From Sminthopsis crassicaudata (Eukaryota), in contig NC_133619.1 in assembly GCF_048593235.1 (NCBI RefSeq), positions 591,535,963 through 591,599,962 on the forward strand: a stretch of DNA of 64,000 nt, in the 5' to 3' direction. This document shows, one piece after another, positions 46,880-59,789 of the stretch (positions within the stretch are counted from its first letter, which is position 1; each line of letters starts with the position of its first letter). Below the pieces are notes generated by a model. The model was not told the origin of the DNA. It saw only the letters and a program-made list of their open reading frames with translations, and made no database searches. The position numbers and the translations under genes are program-made.

Positions 46880-47400
46880 ACAGGTCAGACTATAAAACCG
46901 ATAATTGACATCAGGTCTGAGGCTAAATTCTCTCTTGGCTGCTTGGTCCTTTTGTGAAAGTCCAGCTGCCAGATGTGCATGAGGCAGCAGGAAGAACTGA
47001 TCGATTAGCCATCAGTGGTGTGGTGGCCCCCACAGATATTGATCAGTCTTGGCAAGAGGGTATCCCTCTTGGCTTTTGTCTGGAAGAGCCAAAGGAAGGA
47101 GGGGAAAAGGAGGGATCCCAGAGCCCTGCAGAGGCTCAGGGACAAAGGGGCAGGGGCAGCTGGGTTTAATTCCTAGACTGAGGGAAATGGAGATAATCCT
47201 CTAATCCCCAACAAGGCTGCGGGGGGCCTGCCCTGCCACCCAGGTAACATTTGCACATAAATGCAGGAGTCCCCCTGCTGCTGACACCAAAGGTCATGGG
47301 AGATGTTTGGTTTAGGATTGGCTGAAGGCGGCTCTTTTCTTTACAATCTCTGTGTTTCATTGGCTAAAAGTCTTCCTCCTCTGATGCTATTGAAAGGAAG
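46880..47400. promoter_or_regulatory. Candidate promoter/enhancer (E-boxes, tandem NF-Y, ZIC/CTCF-like, nuclear-receptor half-site)
   Basis: CAGCTG 46963 and CAGATG 46970; ATCGAT 47000; CCCCCTGCTGCTG 47271-47283; AGGTCA 47291; ATTGGCT at 47317 and 47359. Confidence 0.4.
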
Positions 47401-47499
47401 ATGATTTTTTTTCTAAGGGTCCCCTGCTCCCTTCAAGGAATAAGTGAATTCATGGAAAAGAGATTAAAAAAACCCTCAGCAACAACCTCACAGGATCAC

Positions 47500-47665
47500 A
47501 GAAAGCATAAGACATCAGAGCTGGGAAGGCTTAGAACACAGACCACAGAATGTCAGAGCTGGGAGGAACCTTAGAACACACAATGACAGAACAAATAATA
47601 CAGATTGTCAGCTGCTCAGTTCTTAGAATTTATACCACCAAAGGTACAGGGAACCTTAAAACACA
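47500..47665 (-). repeat. Tandem L3/MIR3-tail units, opposite orientation to 41905-42105
   Basis: Repeated (c/g)tcagagctggga..ccttagaacac units, period about 39 bp. Confidence 0.75.
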
Positions 47666-47829
47666 AAATGTTATTTCTATTCCATATAAAGTCTTCCCTC
47701 CCCAAGATGAAAGTCACTTCTCATCACTCATCACTCAAATAGCCTTTCTCCCCACGTCTTCTCCTTTGCACTTAACACATTCTTTCTTGTATCATAGTTA
47801 CTTGTGTACATGTCCCTTTCCCCTCATCT

Positions 47830-48830
47830 CTTCTCCATTAAATTGTCAAGTCAATAAAAAATTTATCAAGCACTAACGATGCCAGACACTGTGCTAAACA
47901 TCAAGAAAAAGAAGAAAGGCAAAAAAAATCCTTACCCTCAAGGAGCTCACATTCTCCTAGGGGAGACAATGTGCAAAGACTTATTTTAAAATAACATTTA
48001 TATGAGGTAATCTCAGAGAGAGGGCATTTGCATTAAAGGGACTGGGAGAAGTATCTTGCAGAGGGTGAAGTTTGACCCAAGTCTTGAAGGAATACAGGGA
48101 AGCTGGGAGATAGAAGTGAGAAAAGAGAGTATTCTAGATATGAGGGGCAGTCAGTAAAAAGGCATGGAGATGAGAGCTAAGTGTCTTGTGTGAGAAACTG
48201 AAAAGAAGTCTATGTAGCTGGATGGTCATATACTATGTAGAGGGAAGTAAATAAGAAGACTGGAAAGATAAGAAGGGGTTTTCAAAGCCAAACAGAGGAT
48301 TTTATATATAATTCAGGAGGTCACAAGAAGTCATTGTGATTTATTGAGAAGGAGAAGACCTTTTCAGACCCCAGCTTTTGGAAGAATATTTTGGCCACTG
48401 AGTGGAAGAAGGACTAGCATGGAGATAGAAGGGGCAAGGAGGTCAACCAGAAGGCTATTGCCATAGTCCACTCATGGTGTGATGAGGAATTGGATTAGGG
48501 TAATGATAGTAACTGTGGAGAGCTATACAAAAGACCTGGCAACAGATTATTAGATGTGGAGGGTGAGTTAAAGTGAGGGATCAAGAATGACACACAACAT
48601 TTCAAGCCTAGGTGACAGTGAGGATGGTTATAGACTGGTCAGTAATAGGAAAGTTAGGAAGAGGCTTGAGGGTAAATATAATGAATTCAGTAATGTGTAT
48701 AAAATGTCCAAGAGGCATCCAACCCCAGATATCCAATAGAATGTTGATAATGTGAGATGAGTTCAGGAGAGAGATTACGGCTAGACAAATAAATCAGAGA
48801 AGCATCTGCATTCTCCTCTGGCTGTCTGGA
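47830..48830 (-). mobile_element. L2 LINE fragments
   Basis: Antisense L2 terminus (tttatcaagcactaacgatgccagacactgtgctaa) followed by the typical purine-rich antisense body. Confidence 0.8.
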
Positions 48831-49729
48831 ATTATGGTGGTGGAATAGGGAAGTTTAAAAGAGGAAAGATAATTTGTTTTCTTAGACATCTAATCCAATA
48901 GGTAATTGGAGATGTGAGACTGGAGGTTGAGAGAAGTAATTGTAAGCTCCTTGAGAACAATGCTTAAGCCATACTACTCTTGTATATCCTAATTCCTAGC
49001 CCAGTGCCTTATTTATAGTAGGTATGAACATAGTGGAAATGAATATTATTGAATAAGACACTATGTCAGTATTAGAAGGGACCATCATAGAAGGGACAGA
49101 GTATTTCTATGGAAGGGACCCTGAGGCTTCCTTAGCCCTCTGATTCTCAGGTTTTCTAATATTACCTGAAACTCTTATTGATTGCATGTTCCTCCCTTCC
49201 CGAAGTCCAGAATGATCATTTCCTAGTTACAAAATGAAAATGAAGGAGATTTCATTTTGTTATATTAACTATTTTTTTCCCTTAACATCCAGGAGAAAGC
49301 TAGAAATACCCAAGAAGACAAAACTGAGCTGGGAATCAGAGAACCATGCTATAGATGTGAGACTAGAACTTTCTCTTTTGGGCATGAAGATTCTGGGAGG
49401 TACCACAGGATAGTGGAAAGAAGATGGGAAGATTTGAGTTTGAAACTCTGCTCCATCATATGCAAACTGGATGCTCTTACACTAATCAATTCTCTTTTCA
49501 GGACCTCAGTTTTCTCAACTATAAAATGGGAAGATGGGGTTAAAAATAATAGAAGCTGCATGCCATTAAATTCTAATTACCAATTTTGAACTCAAAGAAG
49601 AGATATGAGAAGGTACTCCACTGGTTCTTTGCAGAGAGATTATGAGTATGCAATGATGCATGTGAAATCAGATTTCATTGACCCAGTTTACTTTTATATC
49701 TACTTTCATAGAGGATCCAGAAACACTGG

Positions 49730-50065
49730 CTTTACTGCATTTCATCTCCCAATTCTGCCTTTGTAAAGGCTGTCCTCCATCCTGGAAACCTTGTTAGCTT
49801 CTTCAGCTTCTTTCAACACTCGCCTCAAATCCCATCATCTGCAAGAGGCCTTTCCTGATCTTCCTTAAAGCTCCCTCTGGGATTACCTTCCATTTTCCTT
49901 ATAGCTTGTTTATAAGATGTTTGCATGTTGATCTCCATTGCCCATCTTCCTAAGGATAATATAAACCCCTTGAAGGCAGAAGCAAATACATGCTTTTTTT
50001 TGAATTCTCAATGCTTAGCACAGCACCACACACATAATAGGTGCTTAATAAATTCTTAATGACTG
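49730..50065 (+). mobile_element. L2 3' end lying within an old L1-like 3' terminus (about 49580-50210)
   Basis: ccatctgcaagaggcctttcctg...cttagcacagc...taggtgcttaataaattcttaatgactgactga, flanked on both sides by L1-like 3' UTR sequence. Confidence 0.65.
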
Positions 50066-52552
50066 ACTGACAGTTTTGTTGAACTGTTTTTCTTTTCCAT
50101 TTGTCTTATTCTTTGTTATAAATGATGTCTTTATGGAAAGGGGAAGGGTATATTGCAAAATGTAGGTGATGTTTAAAAAGGGTATCAATACAAGTTTAAA
50201 AATAAAATGGCTTGGTTAGATTCCATGATGTCTGAGGGTGTTACAGTTCTACAGCTTTGTTTTCTATTTTTCTACATTTTCATAGGCAGGCTGGAAAACC
50301 CTGGCCAATTTGGATCCTCCAGAAAGAACTTAGTCCTCAGTGACTCCTCATTGATTTGGAATAGCTCGAGTTAGTTCCAAGTGAGACTAATTAGTTAGCT
50401 GTTAGATTTCCTGGAGATTTTCGTTTTTGTAAGTTTACCAGTTTTGTAAGTTTTTGCAAGTTTACCAGTGATCCATACAGACTCCACAAGGAGAATGTCA
50501 GAAATAAATTTACATTTAAGAAAAATTTTCTTTGATTCTACATGGGCATTTAACTCGATCCTGTCAAGAGAACTCTGAAGAAAGTTTCTCAAATCCTTCT
50601 GGATCTCATGGTTCTTTAGGATGTGGGTCAACTGGGATGGGCTAGCCATATCAAGATGGGCAAGGGTCAAATCTGAGATAGATTACTAGCAGCTCTTATG
50701 CCTTTGATCATTGTTAATGACAGGGTCAATTTCAAATTCAGGACCATGCAGAAGGGGAGACTCTTCTCTCCACAAAGAATTGATTTGTTTTATTTGAATG
50801 GATGTTTCCCGAATAACCATACATGGGACTTATGAGATAAGTATGATGAGATTCTCATCACCAGAAATATTCAGGGAGGATAGCATAATGGAAACAGTAC
50901 TAGATTTATAGACAGGAGACCCAGTTTTGTTGTTTTGTTACATGTGACCTTTGTGATAATGGCACACAATTTAACCTCCCTGATTTTTAGTTTCTTTACT
51001 TAAAAATGAGAAGATTGAACTAGATTGTCCCTAAAGACCCTACTCACCCTAAATACTTTGATTCTAATTTGGGGATAGAAAATTTCTTTATAAGGATGCC
51101 ATAGAAGGGATTGAAGGTCCCTTCTGACAGCTAGGTGACTCAGGGAATAGAGCAATTCCATAAGACTGAATTCAAAACCAGCTACAAACACTTACTGTTT
51201 ATATGATCCTGGTCTAATCATTTAACTTGTCTGCCTCAATTTGCTTAACTGTAAAATGGGGTATAATGCCTCTCATAAATTGTGCAAAATGGGAATAATA
51301 ATTCTTGCCTTGGCTTCCTCAAAATGTTGCTTTCAGAGAGAGCATAATTTCATAGATATAAGAATACTTCATAAATTTTCCCAGGCCTGGGAGTTAAATG
51401 AGATGATGTCAATAAAGTATTTTGAAAACTTAAAAGTACTATGTAAATGCTAGATCCTACTATTATTCCAGCTCAGGAATTCTGTAATGCACAGATGTGG
51501 TGAGCAGAGGACACTGTAAAATTGGCCAAATATTTCTCTAGGCCAGAAGGTGAATAGGTAACTAGCTACTGAATACTGAATAGCTATTGAAAGTTAGACT
51601 AGTATCTGAAAATTTATGAAGTATTCTTATATCTATGAAACAATGCTCTGCAAGCAACATTTTGAGGAAGCCAAAGCAAGATTTATTACTCCCATTTTGC
51701 AGAAGAGAAAATTGGGGTGCAGAGAACTTGTCCTAAATTTAGTCTAGGTCATACAACAAGCAAATAGAAGAGTTGGATGGACCTGGAATTGAGCGTTTTC
51801 TGTTTGCTAGTTCTGGCTTGTTTGGAAATGAGGAAGACAGTACATTTTAAAAGAATACCAGCATGTCTGAGTCAAAAGCTACTTAGATGGTAATTTTGGA
51901 CCAAAGGTATTATTGACTTTTTATAGATTTATCTATTTTTACAGAAAGTAAACTCAGAGAGGGTAAATGGACTTAGCCAAAGTGATGCAATGATTCTGGA
52001 TCAGGACTAAAAGTCACCTTTTTAGTCCTGATTTCTTTCTTGATCCTGGAAACACATGCTTTGCCTCTATAATTTACTATCTCTGTGTCCTTGGGCAAGT
52101 CATTTGATTTCTGCCAAGTGCCTGTTTCCTCATTTATAAACCAAAAGGGGCTGGACTCAATGGACTCTAAACTTCCTTCCAGCTGTAAAAAATCTAAGAT
52201 CATAAGTCAATATTACTTTTCTTGGCTTCTGGAGTCTGCAGGCTAGTATTAGCACCTTCTCATTGGGGGATCACCCTCTGCCTCTCCCCCTTGAGATCAA
52301 TTTTTTTCATAGAGTCTTCCTGAAATGCCAGCATCACCCAAAAGATTTTCAATCCTGGATATCCTTTCAATTAGGTGTGGGATTTCTCATTTATTGCCAA
52401 GTCCTAGGAAGGAATTGCAGGGCTGGGCAGGGCTGTTCCGCTCCTTCTCTTTCTGGATTGGACAAGGATAGAATTCCCTGCAGGGGTAACCTCTCATTTC
52501 AATATGTTAATGTAGGGGAATCTAATGGCATATTTATTGCTTATGTAGATGG

Positions 52553-52724
52553 NNNNNNNNNNNNNNNNNNNNNNNNNNNNNNNNNNNNNNNNNNNNNNNN
52601 NNNNNNNNNNNNNNNNNNNNNNNNNNNNNNNNNNNNNNNNNNNNNNNNNNNNNNNNNNNNNNNNNNNNNNNNNNNNNNNNNNNNNNNNNNNNNNNNNNNN
52701 NNNNNNNNNNNNNNNNNNNNNNNN
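52553..52724. other. Assembly gap (172 N)
   Basis: N run. Confidence 1.
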
Positions 52725-54035
52725 TCTTTGGGAAATGCTCATTAAGGCTTAGCATTAGAAACTGCTGAGCAGAAAATCCCTGGAAAGTGACTTGTAATGG
52801 AATCTGCCAATGGGACCTCTCCCCATTCCCACCCATTTTCCTTTCCTCTTTGTGGAATCCAGATCTCCTTGTATGGGAACTGGTTGAATGAGCTGGGGAT
52901 CTTTTGCCTCCCTCTTACTGGAGTACAGGATGGTTGTCTTCAAGTGTTTGTGGACTGTTTGAGAAAAGAGGGATTAGCTTGGTCCTAGAATTGCTGGGAG
53001 GCAAGGAGTTCAGAACTCAAATAAGAACTTTCTAACAGAGCTGGTGAGAATGTTATCGGGCTGCCTTTGCAGGTGTTAAGTTTCCAATGCATTCTGGTAG
53101 ATGTTGATGTAAGATGGAATTCTTGTTTCTGAAAGGGGATTAAACAGAATGATTGTAGAAATAGAACAGGATACTTAATTTGTGGGTTTAACCCATACTT
53201 AGCAAGTTAGCTAACCAAGTCTGATTTGCTTTTGTAAATCGTTTTAAAACATTTGCCAAACTCAGGCATTTAGCTCTTTTGCTCATTTTATCCCTCCTTT
53301 GAACAGCATGACTGTATAGTAGAAATTCAGTCTTGATAATTAGGCATAGTACCTTGATTCAAATTCCCATCCTAATACCTGCTGCCTGTGTGAACTTCAT
53401 CAAGTCATTTAACCTTGTTGGATCTCAGTTTCCTCATCTGTAAAATAAGAAGTTTAAATCTAGGTGGACTCTAAGGTTTCTCTAAGCTCTAAATCCATAA
53501 CAATCTCATCAAGGTTAAAAAAAAAAAAAGAACCAGAATTTAGGCCTTTTAAAATAGGTGGTGCTTGATCTGAGCTTTAGTTTCCCTATCTGAAAAATAG
53601 ATATCATATTACTTGTTCTGGTTGCCTCACAAGATTTCTGTGAAGTACAGCTGAAATAATGAAAGGGAAATAGCATTTGTAAACTTAACAGTCTATGCAT
53701 ATGTCTATTATCAGAATAGTCAGATTTACCTTTAAATGTCTTTTCTTCCCATATAATATGGAGAAATACTTTTAGAGGATGGAAATGTCATTTTGGCCTA
53801 AATAGAAGTGCTCCTCTTGTATGGACCAATCCTTGAAAATATGAGCTTTTTGAAAAGAAAAGTGAATATCGGTACCCAAAGGCACTCCTTATGCCAATAT
53901 TTTAAGGAGCCATATTTTCTTCAAAAGGGAGAGTTTCATAGGGATCCTTCTGCTGACACCTGTCCCAGCAGCCACTCTGCATTTTTGGAGATGGTCCTCT
54001 GGGGTAGCCCTAACCCCAAATATTTTATCACCAAT

Positions 54036-54576
54036 TGTAATGCCAGAGAAACTGAGGCAAGACAGAAATTGGTTTTTAATCCTTTTAATATGGAGTTTTT
54101 TTAGGCTAGCCGGATGAATGGAACTCATGTTCAAAAAACATTTAGCACCGAGGAGCTGAGGCAGGGAATTTTTATTGTTAACTAGGGTATGCAAACAGAA
54201 TAACCTGAGTATACAATCTTATAAGGGAAGCAAAGGCAAATGGGGGGGGGGAGGTGAGGACACTGGGTGAGCAGACAAGCCATAATTCGAGGAAAGGATC
54301 ATAACTTAATCCTGACAGGATAGGGATCAAGATAAGAGGGTCAAGGGCAGAAGACAGCCAGCAGAGGGGCAATATTCAAAATAGGAATTATCCTAGCAAG
54401 GATGGAGGTAATATACCTGGAGTTTTTGATACAATGGAATGTAAAGCTGACAGGGCTTCAAGGTTTTTTCTGACTTGGTTCTCTAAGGACTAATGGCAAA
54501 GAAGAAAGGGGGGGCTATAATACTTTTATTTAGGGCATAGCAATTCAGGACATGACAATTCAGGGCATAAAACAAT
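54036..54576 (-). mobile_element. Probable solo ERV LTR
   Basis: Starts TGTAATGCCAGAGAAACTGAGGC; on the minus strand a TATA-like CTTATAAG (54218-54225) lies upstream of AATAAA (54171-54176); 15-bp tandem repeats at 54532-54569. Right boundary and TSD uncertain. Confidence 0.6.
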
Positions 54577-57500
54577 GACCAACCCTTGCAGCTCCAATCA
54601 GATGGTTGACATATATCGCCCAGAGCATAGACACCTATGGCCTACTTGGCAGAGAAATGTCCTTTCTCATCCCTGCCTTTTAAAATTTCAATTCTTTTCA
54701 AAGTTCAGCTCAAACATTATCTTCTATGAAGCCTTTATTACGGCTCCTCTCCCCACTTTCCAACTGCTAGTGTCATCTTGTCCCACAAATAATCTCTGAC
54801 CTATTTTGGGTGTGTATACTTATAGTATATCTTCCTAGATAAAATAAAAACTCCTGGAGGGCAGGATGAAAAGGCAAAAGTATTGGGTTTCGTAGGTATA
54901 TTAGTTTTTTAGACTTCCCCTTCCCCTTTTAAAAAATTCTTTGTTCTAAGAGATGGCTATCAAAGAAGAAAAGGAAGAGGGATAAACTGGGAAATGTAGG
55001 TGATATAAAAAAATACAAAAGAGAGCATTACATTTTAAAATATATTTGCACTTTTTGTCTTTGATTCCTCACAACCTAGCAGTGTTTTGCACACAGCTTG
55101 CTTAACAAATGCTTATTGATTGAGTGATGATTGATGGGTAAGGAAGCCAAGGCATCCATTCAGCAGCCCCTTGCTCTTTTTCTGCCTACAGTCCAAAAGG
55201 CCAGGCAGACAAAGTCCTGCTCTCTCACTCAAGTTGCTGCAGCACAGTTAGAGGAGATATCTCTTGGAAGTGGAAAGTCACCAAGTTTCTATTAAATACC
55301 TGTTGTACATCCGGGCACTGTGGTGGTTGCTGGGCAGACAAGAACAAAAACAAAACAGTTCCTACCCTCAAGGAGTTTGCATTCTATTAAAATATATTGA
55401 AGATACAACTAGATGGTCAGTGGATAAAGTATTGGCCCTGGAATCAGCAGGACCTGAATTCAAATGTGACCTCAGATACTTAATACTTACTAGCTATATG
55501 ATCATAGGCAAGTCATTTAACTCCAATTGCATCACTAAAAAACCCACCAAAACATATTCATATATTTTATTTTGACTCTTAAATTCCCAATATTTCCCAA
55601 TACATTTCTCCACATCATCCCTGCAGAAAGTTATCCATTATTACAAAGGAGAAAAAAGAGGGATAAAAGTTCAGCAAAACTAATATATCAATCAAGTCCA
55701 GTACAACATACAGCATTCTAAACCCTAACTCCACCGTTTCTATAATGAAAGGAAGGAGAAATGATTTCCCAAATCTTCTCTGGAATCAAGGAAGGGAAGC
55801 TCCCATTTTAGAAGGACAGATGATATGCACATATGTAGGTAAATATGTAGATAAATATATTACAGATTTAAAAGAGAAACAAGGTACGTTGGACAGGGGG
55901 AGACCATTGGTAGCTGGGAAAGGGACCAAGAAAATGGCACTTCAGCTGAGTCCAATCACTTCAGTTCTCAATTCTACCTTGAACTTTACAGAATATTAAT
56001 TCTGCAAATCTTCTTTCAGTTTAGTTTGAACAGAGGATCTTCCATTCACTTGCTATTTTGCTGGTCTCCCAGTCCCAGTCTTCTGATCTCACTTCCTGAT
56101 GTTCAAATGGCACACCCATGCTACCTTCACTTCTATTTTAACTTTCTACTCTTTCCCAGTTTCATATAGATTCCATTCTTTTACAGAATAGCTCATTCCA
56201 TTATGCCTTTTTTGACTGCCCAAAGACTCTCCTATTCCAAGAAATCTGGGAGATGTTAGATTAAAAACCAAACAACAAAAATACCCTAAAACCCCATGAT
56301 GATGAAGATCTGAGTTTGCCAATTATAAACTCTTAGTACATAACTTTAACTGGGTCTCTAACATCCTGGGACCTATCTTGCTGTTTTCTCAATATTCACA
56401 AGACCTTTTACCTCTCCCAGGAAAAAGAACCCAGTTTAGCAGCTCTAGCTGTTAACTTTCTCTCCAATGAGAGCTGAGACCCAGGAGCAATATCCACTGC
56501 TTAAAATCCCCACAACACTTAGCATACCTCTTGATGGAATCCTGCCTTGGGTTACAGAATCAAATTGAATGTTCATTTCTTATGGATATTACTTATTTGT
56601 ACTTTACAAAGCTATTTTAGGGAAATGCTTTGAAATCAATGAAGTGCTATATAAGTATGAGGTTTTGTTATCATTGCTATAGATTCTCCCTGACTCCAGG
56701 ACTGGTGTTCTATCCACTGCACCATTCAGCTGCCTCATGGCCATAGAAATTTGACAACATTTTTATTCATATCTGTTCAGTAATTGGTATGAGTGAATGT
56801 TTCCAGAATAAAACATTTTGAAAATATGGCTATGTTATTATTATTTATTGACTTCCTCTTCTTAGATTTAGATTTAGAGCTAGGGGAGAAAAATCTCTTG
56901 CTTTACAAGTGAAAAAACACGAGCACTATAGAAATTAAATGATTGGCCTAACAAACAAGCAGTAAGTAGTAGAGATGGAATTTGAACTCAGGACCTGAGG
57001 ACACAGAATGCAGTCTCTTTCCATTGTATCATAGTCTAATAGTCCACTTTCATCCCACCATAGTTTATAAGCTCCATGTGAGCAAAAATCATCTTATTTA
57101 GTTTTTGAATTTCCAGCAGAATCTAGCATGTGTCTAGGTGATGTAGTGGCAAGAACATGGAATTTGGAGCCAGGGGCTCTGAGTTCAAATCTTGTCTGTG
57201 ATACTAGCTATATGATCTCTGGTAACTCTTTTACAGATCTCAATTTCCTTATAAAATGATGAGGGGGTAGAGTTGTATGAGCTGTACTTTAAAGGTTCTT
57301 TTAAATCCTATGATAATAAATGGTTGATGAGTGAATAAATGGTGAGTAATCTACCCAGGCAAAATCCCATTATAACAAACTCTATGGGGAAAACAATTTT
57401 TTCTCATAGAGCATAATAAATTCATATTAAAAATTGCATTCAAAGCTCACAAATCTTGGAAATGAAACAGGGTTGTCACCCATTCTCTTTGGTTTTCTGT

Positions 57501-57959
57501 AACCAATTAACCATTAAAAAGTGCTTTGAATAAATAGAAGAATGAAAAGCATATCCCTTTACCTCTTTCAGAGTCTTCAAAATAGTGTAGATGAGTTTAT
57601 CTTTTTTTTTTCTTGGTAGGCTGACAATGAATTTAGGGAGTGTTGTTGTTTTGATTGGGAAAAGGAGAGTGGGATGTTTGAAATGGGGAGGAGAATTGAA
57701 AGGTAATTGCTACTGGATTACTGACTGAACAAATTGTGAATACAGCACCACTCTTGAACAATAACATATAATCAAATGCTTTTATTATATAAATTATTAT
57801 TATATAAATGGTAACTAGAAAAAGAATTTGTTGTACAAAATTTTTCTTATAGAGTACCTTTTGGAACCAGTTTAACAAAGCATTGTAATTAAGAGCCACA
57901 GGACAGTACATGGAATTAGTTTCATAGGTAGCATAAATGCTATTCTCAACTCTTTATTG

Positions 57960-58600
57960 CTAAAATAAGTGAACCTCAGAGAGGGGGAATGACCTGCCTT
58001 GGATCATACCAGCTTAGCCCAAGGTTTGTCATCACTAGTTTGGACTTTTATAATATTCTTCCAAATGATATTTCTTCTTCGAGTCTCTCACCTCTTGCTA
58101 TAGCAAACAAAATAATTTTTTCCAAAGAAAAAAATTTGACCATGTTGCTATTCTGGTCAAGAAGCTTTGATAATTCCCTATCATCTCCAATTATATTATA
58201 TGCAATCTCATCAGCTTGGCTTGCCACAATTTAACCCAATCCTGCTCCATCCTGCTTTTTCTCCCTTGGACACACTTGGCTTTCCAGGCAATCTGGTCTT
58301 ATTCCTAACTTTATGACTTTGTCTACATTATACTCTCTGCCTAACATGAACTTCCTCCTCCACTCTACCTTTTAGAACCATTAGCTGCTCAGCTAATGGA
58401 CCACTGATGGAGGCTCTTCATCTTCTCTGATTATCTTATATTTACTTATCTGTTGCCATGTTGCATGTTGCATTCCTAGGTAGCAGGTAAAGTCTTTGAA
58501 AGTAAGGACTACTTTTCTTTTCCAAATTATTAGTTTGGAATAGCAACTTCCATCTAGTGGGTATTTGATAATTATTTGTTAAATTGAGTTTAATAAACCA
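57960..58600 (+). mobile_element. MIR fragment followed by L2 3' region
   Basis: aataattttttccaaag...ttgaccatgttgc...gtaaagtctttgaaagtaaggactac...taatatttgttaaattga. Confidence 0.7.
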
Positions 58601-59169
58601 TTGTACCAGAGGTTGCTGTAATAGTATTTTCTACTCTCATGATATTGCCCATCAAACAATATGATACATGAAGACTAAGAATGGCAGAGTAGGAAGGGAT
58701 CTCAGTGGCCACTGAGCCTTAGCTATGCCTGAATGAGAATCTGTATGAAATAGTAGAAAGAGCATTGGGTTTTAAGTTAAAGAATCTGGGTTCAAATCTG
58801 GCCACACTATTTATTTTGGGCAAATCATCTTGCTGCCTTGGCTCTCATTTTTCTCATCCATAAAATGAGGGAGTTGGATTAATTGGTCTCTTGAAGGTTC
58901 TTCTATTAGTGAAGCAAGCAGATGGTGAAGTGGGAGTCAGAAGACTTGAATTCAAATCCAAACACTAGCTGTGTGACACTCAGCAAATCACTTAACCTCT
59001 CTTAGTTTGCTCAACTGTAAAATGGGGGTGCTAATAGCACTTACTTCACAAGATTATTGTGCAAATCAGATACCATGTAAAGTACTTTGAACACCTTAAA
59101 GTGCTGTATAAATGATAGTCATTACAAATTTATGATCATTTGATAACTGACTCAACAAGAGAGTAATTA

Positions 59170-59510
59170 ACCTTTCCCTGAAAATGTCCAACGATGGGAA
59201 GCTTAGCCATTTTATTGTTGGCTAGATTTCACTGCTCCAATTTCTTTAATTTCAGATCTAATTTTTTCATGCTGACCTCCATTCCCTCTCCTCACCACCC
59301 GGTTCCACTCCCACCCAGGGAACATTAAGCCTTTGGTCCTAGTTCTATTTTTCTGAGGCCAAGCAGAAATGGTCTAATCTTTCTTGCAGACAATAGTGTT
59401 TCTGCTATTTTAAGTGGAATATTCCTCCTATCTTCTCTCCTCCAGGCTATCCATCTTTATTTCTTTCAACCAGGTCTTATATGACAAGGTCTTCTCTTCT
59501 CCCCAAGGCA
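59170..59510 (-). mobile_element. L3/CR1 fragment
   Basis: ccatttttattgttggctag...ggtcctagttctatttttctgaggccaagcagaaatggtctaatc: antisense L3 3' region. Confidence 0.65.
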
Positions 59511-59789
59511 TTCTTTTCTATTATTTTCCAACTTGGTTAGGAAAAATTGGGGAGAAATTGATATCATAAGAAGGGTTAATAGTTAGAGGAGAGGCATTGT
59601 TCTGTTTTGTGGACCACAGTGCCTTGACACATGTCAAAATCAAGTTAAAATCCTTAAATACAGTGAGAAGACTAAATAGACAAGGACAAGCAGTTAGCAT
59701 CTCCATCAATATGTGTGTTTCCTTCTCCATAAAGTTGGGATGTTTGGATAGAGTGGGGAATTTTCAAGAAATAAAATAAAGTCTATCAC

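Noticed and set aside
49230-49259. 10-bp inverted repeat CAAAATGAAA / TTTCATTTTG
   Set aside because: Short and AT-rich; expected by chance in 64 kb.
56295-56312. C/D-box snoRNA (ATGATGA...CTGA)
   Set aside because: The boxes are only about 7 nt apart, far too short, and there is no terminal stem.
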